DNA of 32,000 nucleotides from Chlamydiales bacterium (GTDB lineage Bacteria; Chlamydiota; Chlamydiia; Chlamydiales; JAAKFR01): NCBI GenBank assembly GCA_041395025.1, contig JAWLBH010000001.1, positions 1,140,001 to 1,172,000 of the forward strand, read 5' to 3'. Shown piece by piece: positions 8,027 to 18,154 of this stretch (position 1 is its first letter; each line of letters starts with the position of its first letter). The notes under the pieces were generated by a model. It saw only the letters and a program-made list of their open reading frames with translations, ran no database searches and was not told where the DNA came from. The position numbers and the translations under genes were made by a program.

Positions 8027-9151
8027 ATGATTCATCCCATGTATCTAATTTTGTTTATTACCTTGATGATCTCTTCATGTGAAAAAGAGAAAAAACAAGA
8101 AAACCCTCTAGTTGTCACGGCATTTCGTATTACAAAAGAAACCATGCCTGCGGACTTTCAGTTTGTCGGTGTAGCGAAAAGCTCTCATCCTGTAGAAATT
8201 CGTTCCCGAGTGGAAGGCTACCTAGCCACCATCAACTATCAAGAAGGGGAGATGGTCGCAAAAGACCAACTTCTTTTTCGGATTGATCCAATTGAGTTTG
8301 AAACAAATCTTGAAGATGCCAAAGGGAAATTAGCTAAGGAGGAGGCAATCTTATGGCGTGCACAGCGAAGCCTTGCACGTCTTGAACCACTCTATGAGCA
8401 AAATGCAGTGAGTCAAAGAGATCGTGATAATGCTTTAGCACAGGTGCTTGCAGCTGAAGCTTCGGTCATCTCAGCTCGAGCCAATGTGGCTCAAGCTGAA
8501 TTGAACTTAAGCTATACCTACATCACTTCTCCAATTCAAGGATTAACGGGTCAAGCCTATCATAGGGAAGGGGCTTTGATTATTCCTACAGGAGAGAGTT
8601 TTCTGACTCTTGTTTCAGTCATTGATCCAATTTGGGTGATTTTTTCTATTTCTGATAATCAACTTTTAGAGATGCGAGGAGAAAGTCAATCCAACTTATT
8701 ACTTCTTCCAGAACAAGAAGACTATACAGTAACTTTACAATTATCAGATGGATCATTTTTTTCTAGTGAAGGAAGAGTGAATTTTGAATCTCCAACATTT
8801 GATCCACATACAGGCTCCTTATTTGTACGTTCTCAATTTAATAATCCAAATGGAACAATCCTTCCTGGACAGTTTGTAAATGCCATTGTATCTGGTGCAA
8901 AATGGAATCAAGTCATGGTCGTGCCTCAAGTGGCTGTTTCCCAGGGAAGAAAAGGCATGTTTGTATTTATCATTAATCAAAACCAGACCGTATCTCGTAG
9001 AGAAGTTAAGGTAGGGCCATGGTATAAGAATTACTGGATGATCGAAGAGGGGCTTGAACCTGGAGATTTAGTCATTGTCGATGGTGTGAACAAGGTGAAG
9101 GAAGATTCTACGGTTCAGATTACTTCTATTGATTCATTGTCAGGATTTTGA
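8027..9151 (+). CDS. acrA: RND efflux periplasmic adaptor (membrane fusion) lipoprotein, AcrA/MexA family
   Basis: Signal peptide plus lipobox (LILFITLMISS-C) follows the ATG at 8027. The track start at 7913 would overlap the divergent cyclase gene. Typical lipoyl/hairpin region RVEGYLATINYQEGEMVAKDQLLFRIDP...AQAELNLSYTYITSPIQGLTG. Confidence 0.85.
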   Translation: MIHPMYLILFITLMISSCEKEKKQENPLVVTAFRITKETMPADFQFVGVAKSSHPVEIRSRVEGYLATINYQEGEMVAKDQLLFRIDPIEFETNLEDAKGKLAKEEAILWRAQRSLARLEPLYEQNAVSQRDRDNALAQVLAAEASVISARANVAQAELNLSYTYITSPIQGLTGQAYHREGALIIPTGESFLTLVSVIDPIWVIFSISDNQLLEMRGESQSNLLLLPEQEDYTVTLQLSDGSFFSSEGRVNFESPTFDPHTGSLFVRSQFNNPNGTILPGQFVNAIVSGAKWNQVMVVPQVAVSQGRKGMFVFIINQNQTVSRREVKVGPWYKNYWMIEEGLEPGDLVIVDGVNKVKEDSTVQITSIDSLSGF

Positions 9152-9170
9152 AACATTGGAATAAATTTTA

Positions 9171-12100
9171 ATGATAAGCAAATTTTTTTTAGATCATCCT
9201 ATCTTTGCTTGTGTCCTTTCAATTTTCATTGTCCTATTCGGTTTACTTGCTCTTATTCATCTTCCAATTGAACAATATCCTAATATTGTCTCTCCTCAAG
9301 TTCAAGTTTCAGTGAATTATCCAGGAGCAACGGGTGAAGTCATTGCTGAAACAGTTGCTGCTCCTTTAGAAAAGCAAATTAATGGAATAGAAGAGATGCT
9401 CTATATGTATTCTCAAAGCTCTTCTTCAGGAAAATATGTATTGAATATTTTTTTTAAGGTGGGGTCTGATATTGATAAAGCGCTTAGTCATGTACAAGAT
9501 AGAGTCGATCTAGCCATCTCTCGTTTACCTGATCTTGTCCAAAAAGAAGGAGTCAGTGTAAGAAAACAAACTCCTACGATTCTCTTAATTTTAGCAGTCG
9601 AATCTCCAGATGGAAGATATAGCGATCTATTTGTCAATAATTACACTGAGATTCATTTAGTAGAGGCCATCAAGAGATTAGAAGGGGTGAGCGATGCAGC
9701 GGTTATGAATGCTGAAAGTTATGCAATGCGTATCTGGCTCCAGCCTGACAGGATGGCTCAACTAAAAATTTCTACTGATGATGTGATTAAAGCCCTGCAA
9801 GAGCAAAACAAAGACTATCCTCTTGGTCAACTAGGCATGGCTCCTATGAGAGATAAAACCTCTTTAACTATTCCTGTGACCTCTCTTGGACGTTTAAAAT
9901 CTCCTGAAGAGTATGAGCAAATTATTTTAAGAGCAAATGGAGATGGATCAACTGTGACCATTGGGAATATAGCCACTGTTGAGCTTGGATCACAAAGTTA
10001 TATGGTAAAAGGAGAGGTTAATGGACATTCAGCAGCGATTATAGGAATTTACCAGGATTATGGATCAAATGCTCTCGATGTGGCAACGAGTGTAAAAAAA
10101 ACCATAAAACAACTCTCTAAGCGCTTTCCTCCTGGATTAACCTATTCGATTCCTTATGATACGACGACCTATATTCAAGTGTCTATTGAAGAAGTGCAAA
10201 GAACACTATTCGAAGCAGCCATTCTTGTGATAGGTGTAGTCTTTATTTTTCTTCAAAGCTTAAGAGCTACATTAGTTCCTGTGATTGCGATGATCATTTC
10301 TATTATTGGCACATTTGTAGGGATGCATCTTCTAGGATTTTCTCTCAATACACTCACACTGTTTGGATTAGTATTGTCGATTGGCATTGTAGTAGATGAT
10401 GCAATTGTTGTTGTAGAAAACATTGAAAGGAATATCAGAACAAGAAACATGGGAGCACATGATGCAGCATTAATTGCAATGCGTGAAGTCTCTGGACCTA
10501 TTATCGCTATTCTTTTCGTTTTATGTGCTGTTTTTGTGCCAGTTGCATTTATTGGAGGAGTGACAGGAGAGTTATATAAACAATTTGCGATTACAATTTC
10601 TATCTCAGTGATTGTTTCCGCCCTTGTCGCACTAACTTTAAGTCCTGTTTTGAGTGTCTATGTTTTCAAAAAAAAGAGAGAAGCAAGCCATTTTAGCCAT
10701 TATTTCTATCATTTTATGAGTAGACTAACAAAGATTTATGTTAAGGGAGCAGGTTGGATATTAAAACATTATATTTGGGGATTAACCTTTTTTTTTCTTA
10801 TGGTGGCTATCCTCATTTTTCTATTTCTCATGATCCCTATATCTTTTGTCCCAGAAGAGGATCAGGGGTATGTATTTGCTTTTGCGAATCTTCCCGATGG
10901 AGCAAGTTTACAAAGAACTGAAGCAGTCACAGATAGGGTAGGGAAGATTGTATTAAGACATAGAGGAGTTGAAACTTTTATCGGACTATCAGGGTTTAGT
11001 CTTTTAAATAATATTCCAGAAACACAAGTTGGTACATATTTTATTAATCTCAAAAACTGGAAAGAGCGTCAAGGAAAAGGGATGAAGGTGGAGAATATTC
11101 TGGAATCTTTCAATGAAGATTTTAGTTTAATTCCCACGGCTGAAGTGATGACCACAAATCCCCCCTCCATTCCAGGTATAGGAACTGTTGGTGGGTACGA
11201 ATTTTGGATTGTCAATCAAGGGGTAGGGAGCAATGAAGAACTTGAAGAGAGCGCAAAAGAATTTATTCAGAAAGCTGAGCAAAGAGATGAAATAGGACAA
11301 ATCATGATGTTGATGAAGACAGATAATCTCCAAATTTATGCTCAAGTAGATAGGGTGAAAGCAGAGGCATTGAAGATTCCTATCCAATCTATTTATTCTA
11401 CACTCCAATCTCTACTAGGAACAGTATATGTAAATGATTTCAACCAATATGGACAAGTCTTTCAAGTGATGATTCAAGCTGATCCTAAGTATCGTTCAAA
11501 TCTAGAAGACATAGGCAATATTTTTGTGAAGTCATTATCAGGGGACATTATTCCTCTGAAGTCTCTTGTAACCTTTCATTATGTTAGAGGGCAAAACTTA
11601 GTGAGTCGATTTAATAATTTTCCTGCTGTTAAAATGATTGGAGGGCCAGCTCAAGGCTATAGTTCAGAGGCAGGTATTCGAGCATTAGAAGAAGTTGCAG
11701 AGGGGATTCTTCCTTCTCATATGAATTTTGAATGGAGTGGATTTGTCTATCAAGCAAAAACGACAGGAGGTTCGACATCTCTTATCTTATTTGGTGCTCT
11801 GATCCTAGTGTTTCTCATTCTAGCGGCTTTATACGAAAGATGGTCTTTACCTCTTGCGATTCTTTTAGGGGTGCCATTTGGCATTGTAGGGGCACTTTTG
11901 GCAATCTTAGTGCGCAAAATGGAAAATGATATCTATTTTCAGATTGGTCTTGTGACGTTGGTAGCACTTGTGGCAAAAAATGCCATTTTGATCGTTGAAT
12001 TTGCGATACAAGCACGTAGAGAAAAAAATATCTCACGAAAACAAGCAGCTTTAGAAGGAGCACGTCAAAGATTTCGGGCGATACTTATGACCTCCCTCAC

Positions 12101-12275
12101 TTTTATTTTTGGGGTTTTACCTTTAGTCATGAGTCAAGGAGCAGGTGCAGCTAGTCGTCAATCAGTTGGAACTGGAGTGATGGGTGGAATGATATTTGCA
12201 ACTTGTTTTGGAATCTTCTTTATTCCTCTATTTTATTCTCTGCTAGATCGAAAACAGGATCATGGAAATGATTAG
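9171..12275 (+). CDS. acrB: RND (HAE1 family) inner-membrane multidrug efflux pump, AcrB/MexB-like
   Basis: 1034 aa with a 12-TM, two-large-loop layout. Conserved N-terminus [37 protein letters not shown]4 region [23 protein letters not shown] carries the proton-relay DD pair. C-terminal half has [14 protein letters not shown]. Confidence 0.95.
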   Translation: MISKFFLDHPIFACVLSIFIVLFGLLALIHLPIEQYPNIVSPQVQVSVNYPGATGEVIAETVAAPLEKQINGIEEMLYMYSQSSSSGKYVLNIFFKVGSDIDKALSHVQDRVDLAISRLPDLVQKEGVSVRKQTPTILLILAVESPDGRYSDLFVNNYTEIHLVEAIKRLEGVSDAAVMNAESYAMRIWLQPDRMAQLKISTDDVIKALQEQNKDYPLGQLGMAPMRDKTSLTIPVTSLGRLKSPEEYEQIILRANGDGSTVTIGNIATVELGSQSYMVKGEVNGHSAAIIGIYQDYGSNALDVATSVKKTIKQLSKRFPPGLTYSIPYDTTTYIQVSIEEVQRTLFEAAILVIGVVFIFLQSLRATLVPVIAMIISIIGTFVGMHLLGFSLNTLTLFGLVLSIGIVVDDAIVVVENIERNIRTRNMGAHDAALIAMREVSGPIIAILFVLCAVFVPVAFIGGVTGELYKQFAITISISVIVSALVALTLSPVLSVYVFKKKREASHFSHYFYHFMSRLTKIYVKGAGWILKHYIWGLTFFFLMVAILIFLFLMIPISFVPEEDQGYVFAFANLPDGASLQRTEAVTDRVGKIVLRHRGVETFIGLSGFSLLNNIPETQVGTYFINLKNWKERQGKGMKVENILESFNEDFSLIPTAEVMTTNPPSIPGIGTVGGYEFWIVNQGVGSNEELEESAKEFIQKAEQRDEIGQIMMLMKTDNLQIYAQVDRVKAEALKIPIQSIYSTLQSLLGTVYVNDFNQYGQVFQVMIQADPKYRSNLEDIGNIFVKSLSGDIIPLKSLVTFHYVRGQNLVSRFNNFPAVKMIGGPAQGYSSEAGIRALEEVAEGILPSHMNFEWSGFVYQAKTTGGSTSLILFGALILVFLILAALYERWSLPLAILLGVPFGIVGALLAILVRKMENDIYFQIGLVTLVALVAKNAILIVEFAIQARREKNISRKQAALEGARQRFRAILMTSLTFIFGVLPLVMSQGAGAASRQSVGTGVMGGMIFATCFGIFFIPLFYSLLDRKQDHGND

Positions 12276-13674
12276 ATATCTTCTTTTATGCCTACTCATC
12301 ACAGGGTGTAATTTAGCTCCTCATTATGATCGTCCTTCTATTGAAATCCCTCCAGATTGGCGTTTTGACTATGATCCAGAGTCGACATGTTGCAATATTT
12401 GTTGGTGGGAAGAACTTGGGGATCCTATTCTCGATGGTTTAATTTTACAAGCTCTCAAGAGCAATAAGAATTTGCAAATCGCGATTTGGCGCGTGTGTGA
12501 ATTTTATGGAAAGTGTCAGATGTTTAGCTCTAAGATGTTTCCAAAAATTGATCTCCATGGATCGGCCTTTAAAGAAAAATTTCCCCCAGCTAGCTTTATT
12601 CCTTCTAAAATCGATTCTATTACACCGAATTACAGTTATGACTTTAACCTTGTTTATGAGCTGGATTTTTGGGGACGTGTGCGAAATATGTCTCAATCAG
12701 CTTATAGAGAATTGCTCTCCCAAGTTGAAAATCGTAGAACTGTGATACTGACTCTCGTATCTGAAGTAGCGAATAGTTACATCAGGCTGCGTGAGTTTGA
12801 TCAAGAGCTTTTGATTGCCCATCGAACTGAAAAAGATAGGGAGAAATATCTAGAAATTGCTCGAAAAAGATTTCAAGGAGGATTGACTTCCAAAATTGAA
12901 GTCGAACAAGCGATGACCATTTTAGAAGAATCAAGATCACTAATTGTGCAGATAGAAGAAAGAATTCTCACCGAAGAAAATTTACTCAGTCTACTTTTGG
13001 GTGAACCACCTACCTCTATTTTGCGTGGGCGAGCAGTGAGTGAATTTGTGCTTCCTCCTCGCATTCTAGTTGGGCTACCTTCAGATTTATTGGAAAGACG
13101 GCCTGATATTATAGCTGCAGAGCAAAATTTAATTGCAGCTAATGCACGCATTGGTGTAGCACGTGCCGAATTTTTTCCAAAAATATCAATCCTGGGAATT
13201 TTGGGAGCAGAGAGTTTTAAGTTACATAATTTTTTTGATCAACGCTCTCGTGCTTGGACAATAGGAGGAGAGTTTATTCAGTCTATTTTTAGAGGGTGGC
13301 GCCTAGTTGGACAGCTTAATGTCTCGATTGCAAGTTATCGAGAATTACTTTACCAATATGAACAAACCATTCTAACTGCCTTTCAAGAGGTGAGTAATGC
13401 CTTAATTGCTCATCAAAAATCTAGAGAACTGGTTCATATAGATGAGAAAAAAGTCGAAGCTTTGCATGAATATCTAAAACTAGCTTGGCTGCGTTATGAA
13501 AATGGAGAAACGGATTATTTAACAGTTTTGGATGCAGAAAGAGAACTTTTTTCTGCACAAATCGATTTAACTCAAACTCAAGGTGAGATTTTCCTATCTC
13601 TCGTGGCAATTTATAAAGCTGTTGGAGGAGGATGGGTATGGCAAGCAGACAATACTCTAGTCACAGAAGAGTGA
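12262..13674 (+). CDS. outer-membrane factor lipoprotein, NodT/OprM (TolC-like) family
   Basis: Lipobox LLITG-C, then [15 protein letters not shown], typical of the NodT family. Two repeated halves ([10 protein letters not shown]... / [10 protein letters not shown]...). The start overlaps the pump stop by 14 nt, suggesting translational coupling. Confidence 0.9.
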   Translation: MEMIRYLLLCLLITGCNLAPHYDRPSIEIPPDWRFDYDPESTCCNICWWEELGDPILDGLILQALKSNKNLQIAIWRVCEFYGKCQMFSSKMFPKIDLHGSAFKEKFPPASFIPSKIDSITPNYSYDFNLVYELDFWGRVRNMSQSAYRELLSQVENRRTVILTLVSEVANSYIRLREFDQELLIAHRTEKDREKYLEIARKRFQGGLTSKIEVEQAMTILEESRSLIVQIEERILTEENLLSLLLGEPPTSILRGRAVSEFVLPPRILVGLPSDLLERRPDIIAAEQNLIAANARIGVARAEFFPKISILGILGAESFKLHNFFDQRSRAWTIGGEFIQSIFRGWRLVGQLNVSIASYRELLYQYEQTILTAFQEVSNALIAHQKSRELVHIDEKKVEALHEYLKLAWLRYENGETDYLTVLDAERELFSAQIDLTQTQGEIFLSLVAIYKAVGGGWVWQADNTLVTEE

Positions 13675-13818
13675 AAATGCTAATGCTATCACCCCAAACT
13701 GCTTTCTTTAATAATAGGATAGTTGAAAAAATTTACTCTTCCTTACTCTTTTTCGATTTAGTCTGAATAAGAGGCGTTCAAAAGGCTCATATAAGATAGG
13801 GATAATTCCTCTAGATGG

Positions 13819-13854
13819 TTTTTCATATTTAAAATTATTTTTTCATATTTAAAA
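13819..13854. repeat. 16-nt direct repeat x2 (TTTTTCATATTTAAAA), 20-nt period, intergenic
   Basis: Exact copies at 13819-13834 and 13839-13854, between the RND operon end and the small ORF at 14015. Confidence 0.5.
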
Positions 13855-14014
13855 GAAGATATTGACGAGAGCAAAAGGAGTCGGTATGTATTGCTATAAG
13901 AAAGATAGTTAGAAAAGATCAATCAGTCAATCTCCAGAAAAAAGGCTTTTTATCTAAAAAAGAGAAAAAAATTTACATTTTAAGGAAAAATAAACAACAG
14001 CGAGGTATGAGATT

Positions 14015-14200
14015 ATGTGTATTGTTAAGAATTTAGGGTTAATTTTTTTGGCTGTCTATCTTTTTTTTAGTGGCCTTTTCCAAGTGACTAGTATGGTGAT
14101 GCCGATGATGGGAAATGTTCTCATTGGATTGGTGGGGATGGCCTCTGGGATTTTGCTATTGATTTCTCTCGGAGGAAAAAAAGATAAGCATTGTTCTTAG
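14015..14200 (+). CDS. small (61-aa) two-TM membrane protein, hypothetical
   Basis: SD GAGGT (14002-14006) lies 8 nt upstream of the ATG. Two hydrophobic helices (LGLIFLAVYLFFSGLF; VLIGLVGMASGILLLISL) and a basic tail. A strong terminator follows directly. Confidence 0.5.
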   Translation: MCIVKNLGLIFLAVYLFFSGLFQVTSMVMPMMGNVLIGLVGMASGILLLISLGGKKDKHCS

Positions 14201-14220
14201 AAAATTGTTTTTGGAATAAA

Positions 14221-14256
14221 AAGCATTTAGGGTAGCTATCCTAAATGCTTTTTTAT
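14221..14256. terminator. bidirectional rho-independent terminator
   Basis: 11-bp perfect stem AAGCATTTAGG (14221-14231) / CCTAAATGCTT (14240-14250), 8-nt loop. T-runs follow on both strands (TTTTAT on plus, TTTTTATTCC on minus). It sits between the convergent genes 14015..14200 (+) and 14312..14671 (-). Confidence 0.6.
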
Positions 14257-14311
14257 CTCATTAACTAAAAAGTCCAAGATCATCTTGTTACCTAATAAAG
14301 GCTAGAGCCGG

Positions 14312-14671
14312 TCAATCGTTTTTGATTCTATCGATGAGATGGATTTTTACAGAGGCAATAAGATCGGGAATAAGGAAGAGAATACCTAAACCCACTATTT
14401 CAATGACACCACGGATAACCGCTAAATATCCTATTTTGCGATTTAATGAAAGAATTTGCCATCCCTGTTTGATGCGGTATGCTCCTGCAATCACACTAAT
14501 CACTGGGATATATCCTCCGATATTCCTCAAGTTTGCTGAGAGAGTGGCATATTTGTTTGTCTGATCTTTGATATAAAGCTTGCCTTAATTCGAGGTTTTT
14601 ACCTTTTCTAATAAGTTTCGATAAGTATTTTCTATGGAAGTTTTAGCATGATACCCAACGATAAGAGACAT
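14312..14671 (-). pseudogene. member 1 of the small GYH / PDLIAS membrane-protein family, interrupted by an in-frame TAA
   Basis: The minus-strand ATG at 14671 opens MSLIVGYHAKTSIENTYRNLLEKVKTSN, then TAA (14585-14587). The same frame continues GKLYIKDQTNKYATLSANLRNIGGYIP... into track ORF 14312..14530. The N-terminus and the post-stop segment both align with the two neighbouring paralogs (MPIAIGFHTE..., IYIKNSAKWTNLRNIGGYFP). Confidence 0.7.
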
Positions 14672-14708
14672 TTTTAAAAGTTCCTATATAAAAGTTTCAT
14701 AAGAAAGA

Positions 14709-15173
14709 TCAGGAAGACTTGTCATTTGTTATAGGTTGAGTCTCTATTAGTTTAACTTTCTTTATTTCATAACCAGGGAAGTATGAGGAATACTTTTCAT
14801 CTGTTATAGTTTCAGTCTTTATTAGTTTACCCTTTTTTTTGATCAAATGGAGTTTTACAGAAGCAATAAGATCTGGAATAAGTAAAAGAATCCCCACTCC
14901 CATGATTTCAACTACGCCGCGAAAGATTAATAAACGTTCTTCCTTGAGATTGATTGGATCACTTGAATTTTGAATCTGCCGAGTAGCATAGGCATCTCTC
15001 AAACGGAATGCTCCTGTAATGATCCCAACTCCAGGAAAATACCCTCCGATATTTCTTAAGTTTGTCCATTTGGCTGAATTCTTAATGTAAATACAAATAT
15101 CATCGCCTTGTCTATTTTTTTGACATTCAAGGAATAAGGATGATTCTGTATGGAATCCAATGGCAATAGGCAT
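14709..15173 (-). CDS. member 2 of the small GYH / PDLIAS membrane-protein family (two hydrophobic lobes), hypothetical
   Basis: Shares with its neighbours the N-terminal xIGFHT, NIGGYFPGVGIITGAFRL (lobe 1) and RGVVEIMGVGILLLIPDLIASVKLHL (lobe 2). The C-terminal tail is variable. Confidence 0.75.
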   Translation of the reverse strand: MPIAIGFHTESSLFLECQKNRQGDDICIYIKNSAKWTNLRNIGGYFPGVGIITGAFRLRDAYATRQIQNSSDPINLKEERLLIFRGVVEIMGVGILLLIPDLIASVKLHLIKKKGKLIKTETITDEKYSSYFPGYEIKKVKLIETQPITNDKSS

Positions 15174-15272
15174 TTTATGAGTAGATAGTCTTTTTTAAAA
15201 AACTATTGTAATGCTTTTTATAAAAAAAAACAAATAAAAACTATTCTATAATTTAAATTTTTTAGAAAAATA

Positions 15273-15839
15273 CTAAGAATTATTTAGCCTTTCAATTGCA
15301 CTAGCCTTTTGTTGGTTGAGTATTAAACTTGTGGTAAAATGACTTCCGGCCAAAGATCCTTCACACTCAAACACTGTTGTTGATCGCTTAGGTTTGGATT
15401 GGGCAGTGTTCCATGTGTTATCATCGAAATCATTAGGCTCACTCACATGCACCTGAGGTTTCCTCGCATGCATCCGTATAGAAGCTATGAGATCAGGAAT
15501 CAGCCAGATGATCCCTATTCCAGCGATTTCTGTCGTCCCACGTACTATTGGTAAATAACCACATTGACATCTATGAGCAGGAGATCGTTCATTCTTTAAG
15601 TTGGTATAGCCTTTATGAATACGAGCTGCTCCGGCTATAATACCTAAACCAGGAAGGTAGCCTAATAGATTACCCAAATTTCTTTGACAAGCTATCTTTT
15701 TATAAATTTTTTCTTCATTCTGATAATCGAGATTGATCGAATTCTGATCATCAAGATTGAGTGAACGATGGGTGTACATATCATTATGCTCTTTTACTGT
15801 ATTTTTTGTATGATATCCAACAGATAGCGAAAAGGCCAT
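15273..15839 (-). CDS. member 3 of the small GYH / PDLIAS membrane-protein family (two hydrophobic lobes), hypothetical
   Basis: MAFSLSVGYHT..., LLGYLPGLGIIAGAARI (lobe 1), RGTTEIAGIGIIWLIPDLIASIRMH (lobe 2). The N- and C-terminal variable regions are longer than in the neighbours. Confidence 0.75.
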   Translation of the reverse strand: MAFSLSVGYHTKNTVKEHNDMYTHRSLNLDDQNSINLDYQNEEKIYKKIACQRNLGNLLGYLPGLGIIAGAARIHKGYTNLKNERSPAHRCQCGYLPIVRGTTEIAGIGIIWLIPDLIASIRMHARKPQVHVSEPNDFDDNTWNTAQSKPKRSTTVFECEGSLAGSHFTTSLILNQQKASAIERLNNS

Positions 15840-16224
15840 AAAAAACCCTGTTTTATGTAATGATTTTGATTAAAATAAGCGGTTTAAAGTTGTAAGCAAA
15901 AATTTTTCTATATTAGTTGATTTTTTATCAAGTAGTTTTTTTTGAGAAAATTTTTCCTGATGAAAGGATCTTTCAAAGAGTTGTTTGTAAAGAAAAATAT
16001 ATCTCCCAATTTCATCAAGATTTATATCTTGTTTTACGGAGCATCAATAAAGTGTACATTGGTAAAAAGCTATTACAAGAAAAATAAAATCTTTGTTTGA
16101 AAAAATGGAGAAACATATCTTTTAAAACAGATGATCTGAGTTGAAAAGAGACATCGAAAATCCGATGAGTTGTATAAAAGCGATTTTTCACCAATGGCTG
16201 GATAGAAAAAAAACACGACAACTT

Positions 16225-16737
16225 TTATAAAACAATAATTACTCCGAGAACAGTTTTTCTAGAACTTTCTTTCCACCATTCTTTTTCTGCTTCTTGACAA
16301 GAAATGCCTTCACTTCTAGATAAACGCACCTCGTAAGTACCTCGTTTATTTGGAGCTTTTAGTTGCAGTTCTATATCTCCGATCGAATTCATGATACCCA
16401 AAGAGTGCAGAACACAATTTTCAGGTCCATTATCATACAAACCAATCACTAGGTGATGTAGATGTAATGTATCCAAAAATTGCCCATCAATTTCATAATG
16501 AAACGAACAGGTAAACTCTTCATTTGGATTAACATGCATGATTTTTTTTTCATTTTCTTGAAATTTAAAATCAGAGACTTCAATCCCATCCAAATCAATC
16601 TTATTTGTGATTAGACCTATATATGGATACTGTCCATCTTTTGTATAACCATCAACTGTCGCATAACAAGTAAATAATAAGACTCCGAAAGAAATTAGAT
16701 ATTTCATTTTTTTTGTTGTATTTTTTATAAATTCCAT
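16225..16737 (-). CDS. secreted/periplasmic hypothetical protein with N-terminal signal peptide
   Basis: MEFIKNTTKKMKYLISFGVLLFTCYA-TVDG has signal-peptide character. SD AAGGA lies upstream of the ATG at 16737. The mature part is rich in beta-strand-like alternation. No motif recognised. Confidence 0.65.
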   Translation of the reverse strand: MEFIKNTTKKMKYLISFGVLLFTCYATVDGYTKDGQYPYIGLITNKIDLDGIEVSDFKFQENEKKIMHVNPNEEFTCSFHYEIDGQFLDTLHLHHLVIGLYDNGPENCVLHSLGIMNSIGDIELQLKAPNKRGTYEVRLSRSEGISCQEAEKEWWKESSRKTVLGVIIVL

Positions 16738-17001
16738 AAATATCCTTTAAGGTAAATGTCACCCAAGCTGAATTAATGATAAAAAAAATCTAGGTAGACA
16801 AGTTTTCCTGGATACCATTTCTTCATCTTTATTAGGCTGACTGGTCTTTTTCCCATGTAATGTATTAGAAATAAAAATTTTAATCTAACTATATTTTTCT
16901 AGAATGGGAAAAATTGGTATGAATTTAGAAAAACTTATTGGATCGACATACCCAAAAATCCTTCTATCTTTTTTCTCTTTTGAGATTTATCATAATAACT
17001 T

Positions 17002-18102
17002 ATGGATGGTGTAACCTATTCAAAAACTGATTTTTTTCGTTTGTCTATTCAATCTTCACCTATTAAGAAAAGGGTAACTTCAATTGTTGCAATCACTATT
17101 CTAGCGCTTTCTGTCTCAGCAACTAGTTACCTAGTTTGTGGTTTTACTTCTCAGGTGCATTATTGTTCTATCCTTAGTCCATTAGCATCTATCAGTCTTA
17201 TTGGGCTAAGTTTTATGTCTGTTTCTTCGCTTTTATTAGGTATAATCTCACTTACTTATCTTGTTATAATTTATAAAAAGCAATTAGTGACACAACAATT
17301 ATTGTCTCGAAAACTAGAATGCCTCTTATTTTTGAATGAGTTTTTTCAACAAGTCTCTATAGATAAAATACATAAACTTGCGATTAGAAATTTTTTGAAT
17401 CAAGGATGTACAAATTTTCTGGATCACTATGGATTTTACTATCATCTTGCCACTATTTCAGAAAAAGTTTTAGCTACATCAAATGAGAGTTTAATAAACA
17501 TGTGGAAGGAATTTTTGGAATTGATTCAAGGAGTCACTATAAAGAGCCATGATTCCTACCATCAAGTAGAGATTAATTGTGAGATAGAATTCTTGCGGTT
17601 AAAAGGGGAGTTACCTGAGTTTACTATCGAAGAGTTTAATTTCGATGATTCTCCCTTGGAAGATAAAGAGAAAATAATTGACATTTGTCGTGATGCGTTT
17701 GGTAAATTATGGACATACCCCCGAGGGGAGGGTGATCAATTGAAAAATTTATTCCTTCAGAACAATGGAAAATTCTATGTTGCCCGTTCTCAAAATAAAA
17801 AAATTCTTGGATGCCTTGGATACCAAAAAGATCAAACAAATATATTAAAATTTCATGACTTGGCTCGTCTTCCCTATGCTGTAAAGTTGGGGATGACTGA
17901 AAAATTTAGAAAGTATTTAGAACAAGAATGTCTGCAGGAAAAATTCAAAATGATTTGGTGTGAAGTCTTAAACGAGAATAAGCCGGCATATGAGATCTAT
18001 AGAAAACTAGGTTTTGAATTATCTAATCAATCGAATTTGTATGTTCAAAAGAATCATTTTGCGATGGTATATAGTCCATCTATTTTGAATTCTTCAACCT
18101 AA
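17002..18102 (+). CDS. bi-lobed-hydrophobic (Inc-like) N-terminal domain fused to a C-terminal GNAT N-acetyltransferase domain
   Basis: aa ~25-92 form two long hydrophobic lobes: VTSIVAITILALSVSATSYLVCGF and LASISLIGLSFMSVSSLLLGIISLTYLVIIY. The C-terminal ~150 aa has a GNAT-like pattern: FYVARSQNKKILGCLGY, LARLPYAVKLGMTEKFRKYLEQEC, NENKPAYEIYRKLGFEL. Confidence 0.7.
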   Translation: MDGVTYSKTDFFRLSIQSSPIKKRVTSIVAITILALSVSATSYLVCGFTSQVHYCSILSPLASISLIGLSFMSVSSLLLGIISLTYLVIIYKKQLVTQQLLSRKLECLLFLNEFFQQVSIDKIHKLAIRNFLNQGCTNFLDHYGFYYHLATISEKVLATSNESLINMWKEFLELIQGVTIKSHDSYHQVEINCEIEFLRLKGELPEFTIEEFNFDDSPLEDKEKIIDICRDAFGKLWTYPRGEGDQLKNLFLQNNGKFYVARSQNKKILGCLGYQKDQTNILKFHDLARLPYAVKLGMTEKFRKYLEQECLQEKFKMIWCEVLNENKPAYEIYRKLGFELSNQSNLYVQKNHFAMVYSPSILNSST

Positions 18103-18154
18103 GAGATAATTCTACGGTATATGGCTACTGATTCATTAAAAAACATGGAGAAAG

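Noticed and set aside
16015..16221. 68-aa minus-strand ORF downstream of the secreted-protein gene
   Set aside because: It has a TTG start, no SD, a Phe/Arg/Ser-rich composition typical of AT-rich noise, and no paralog or motif.
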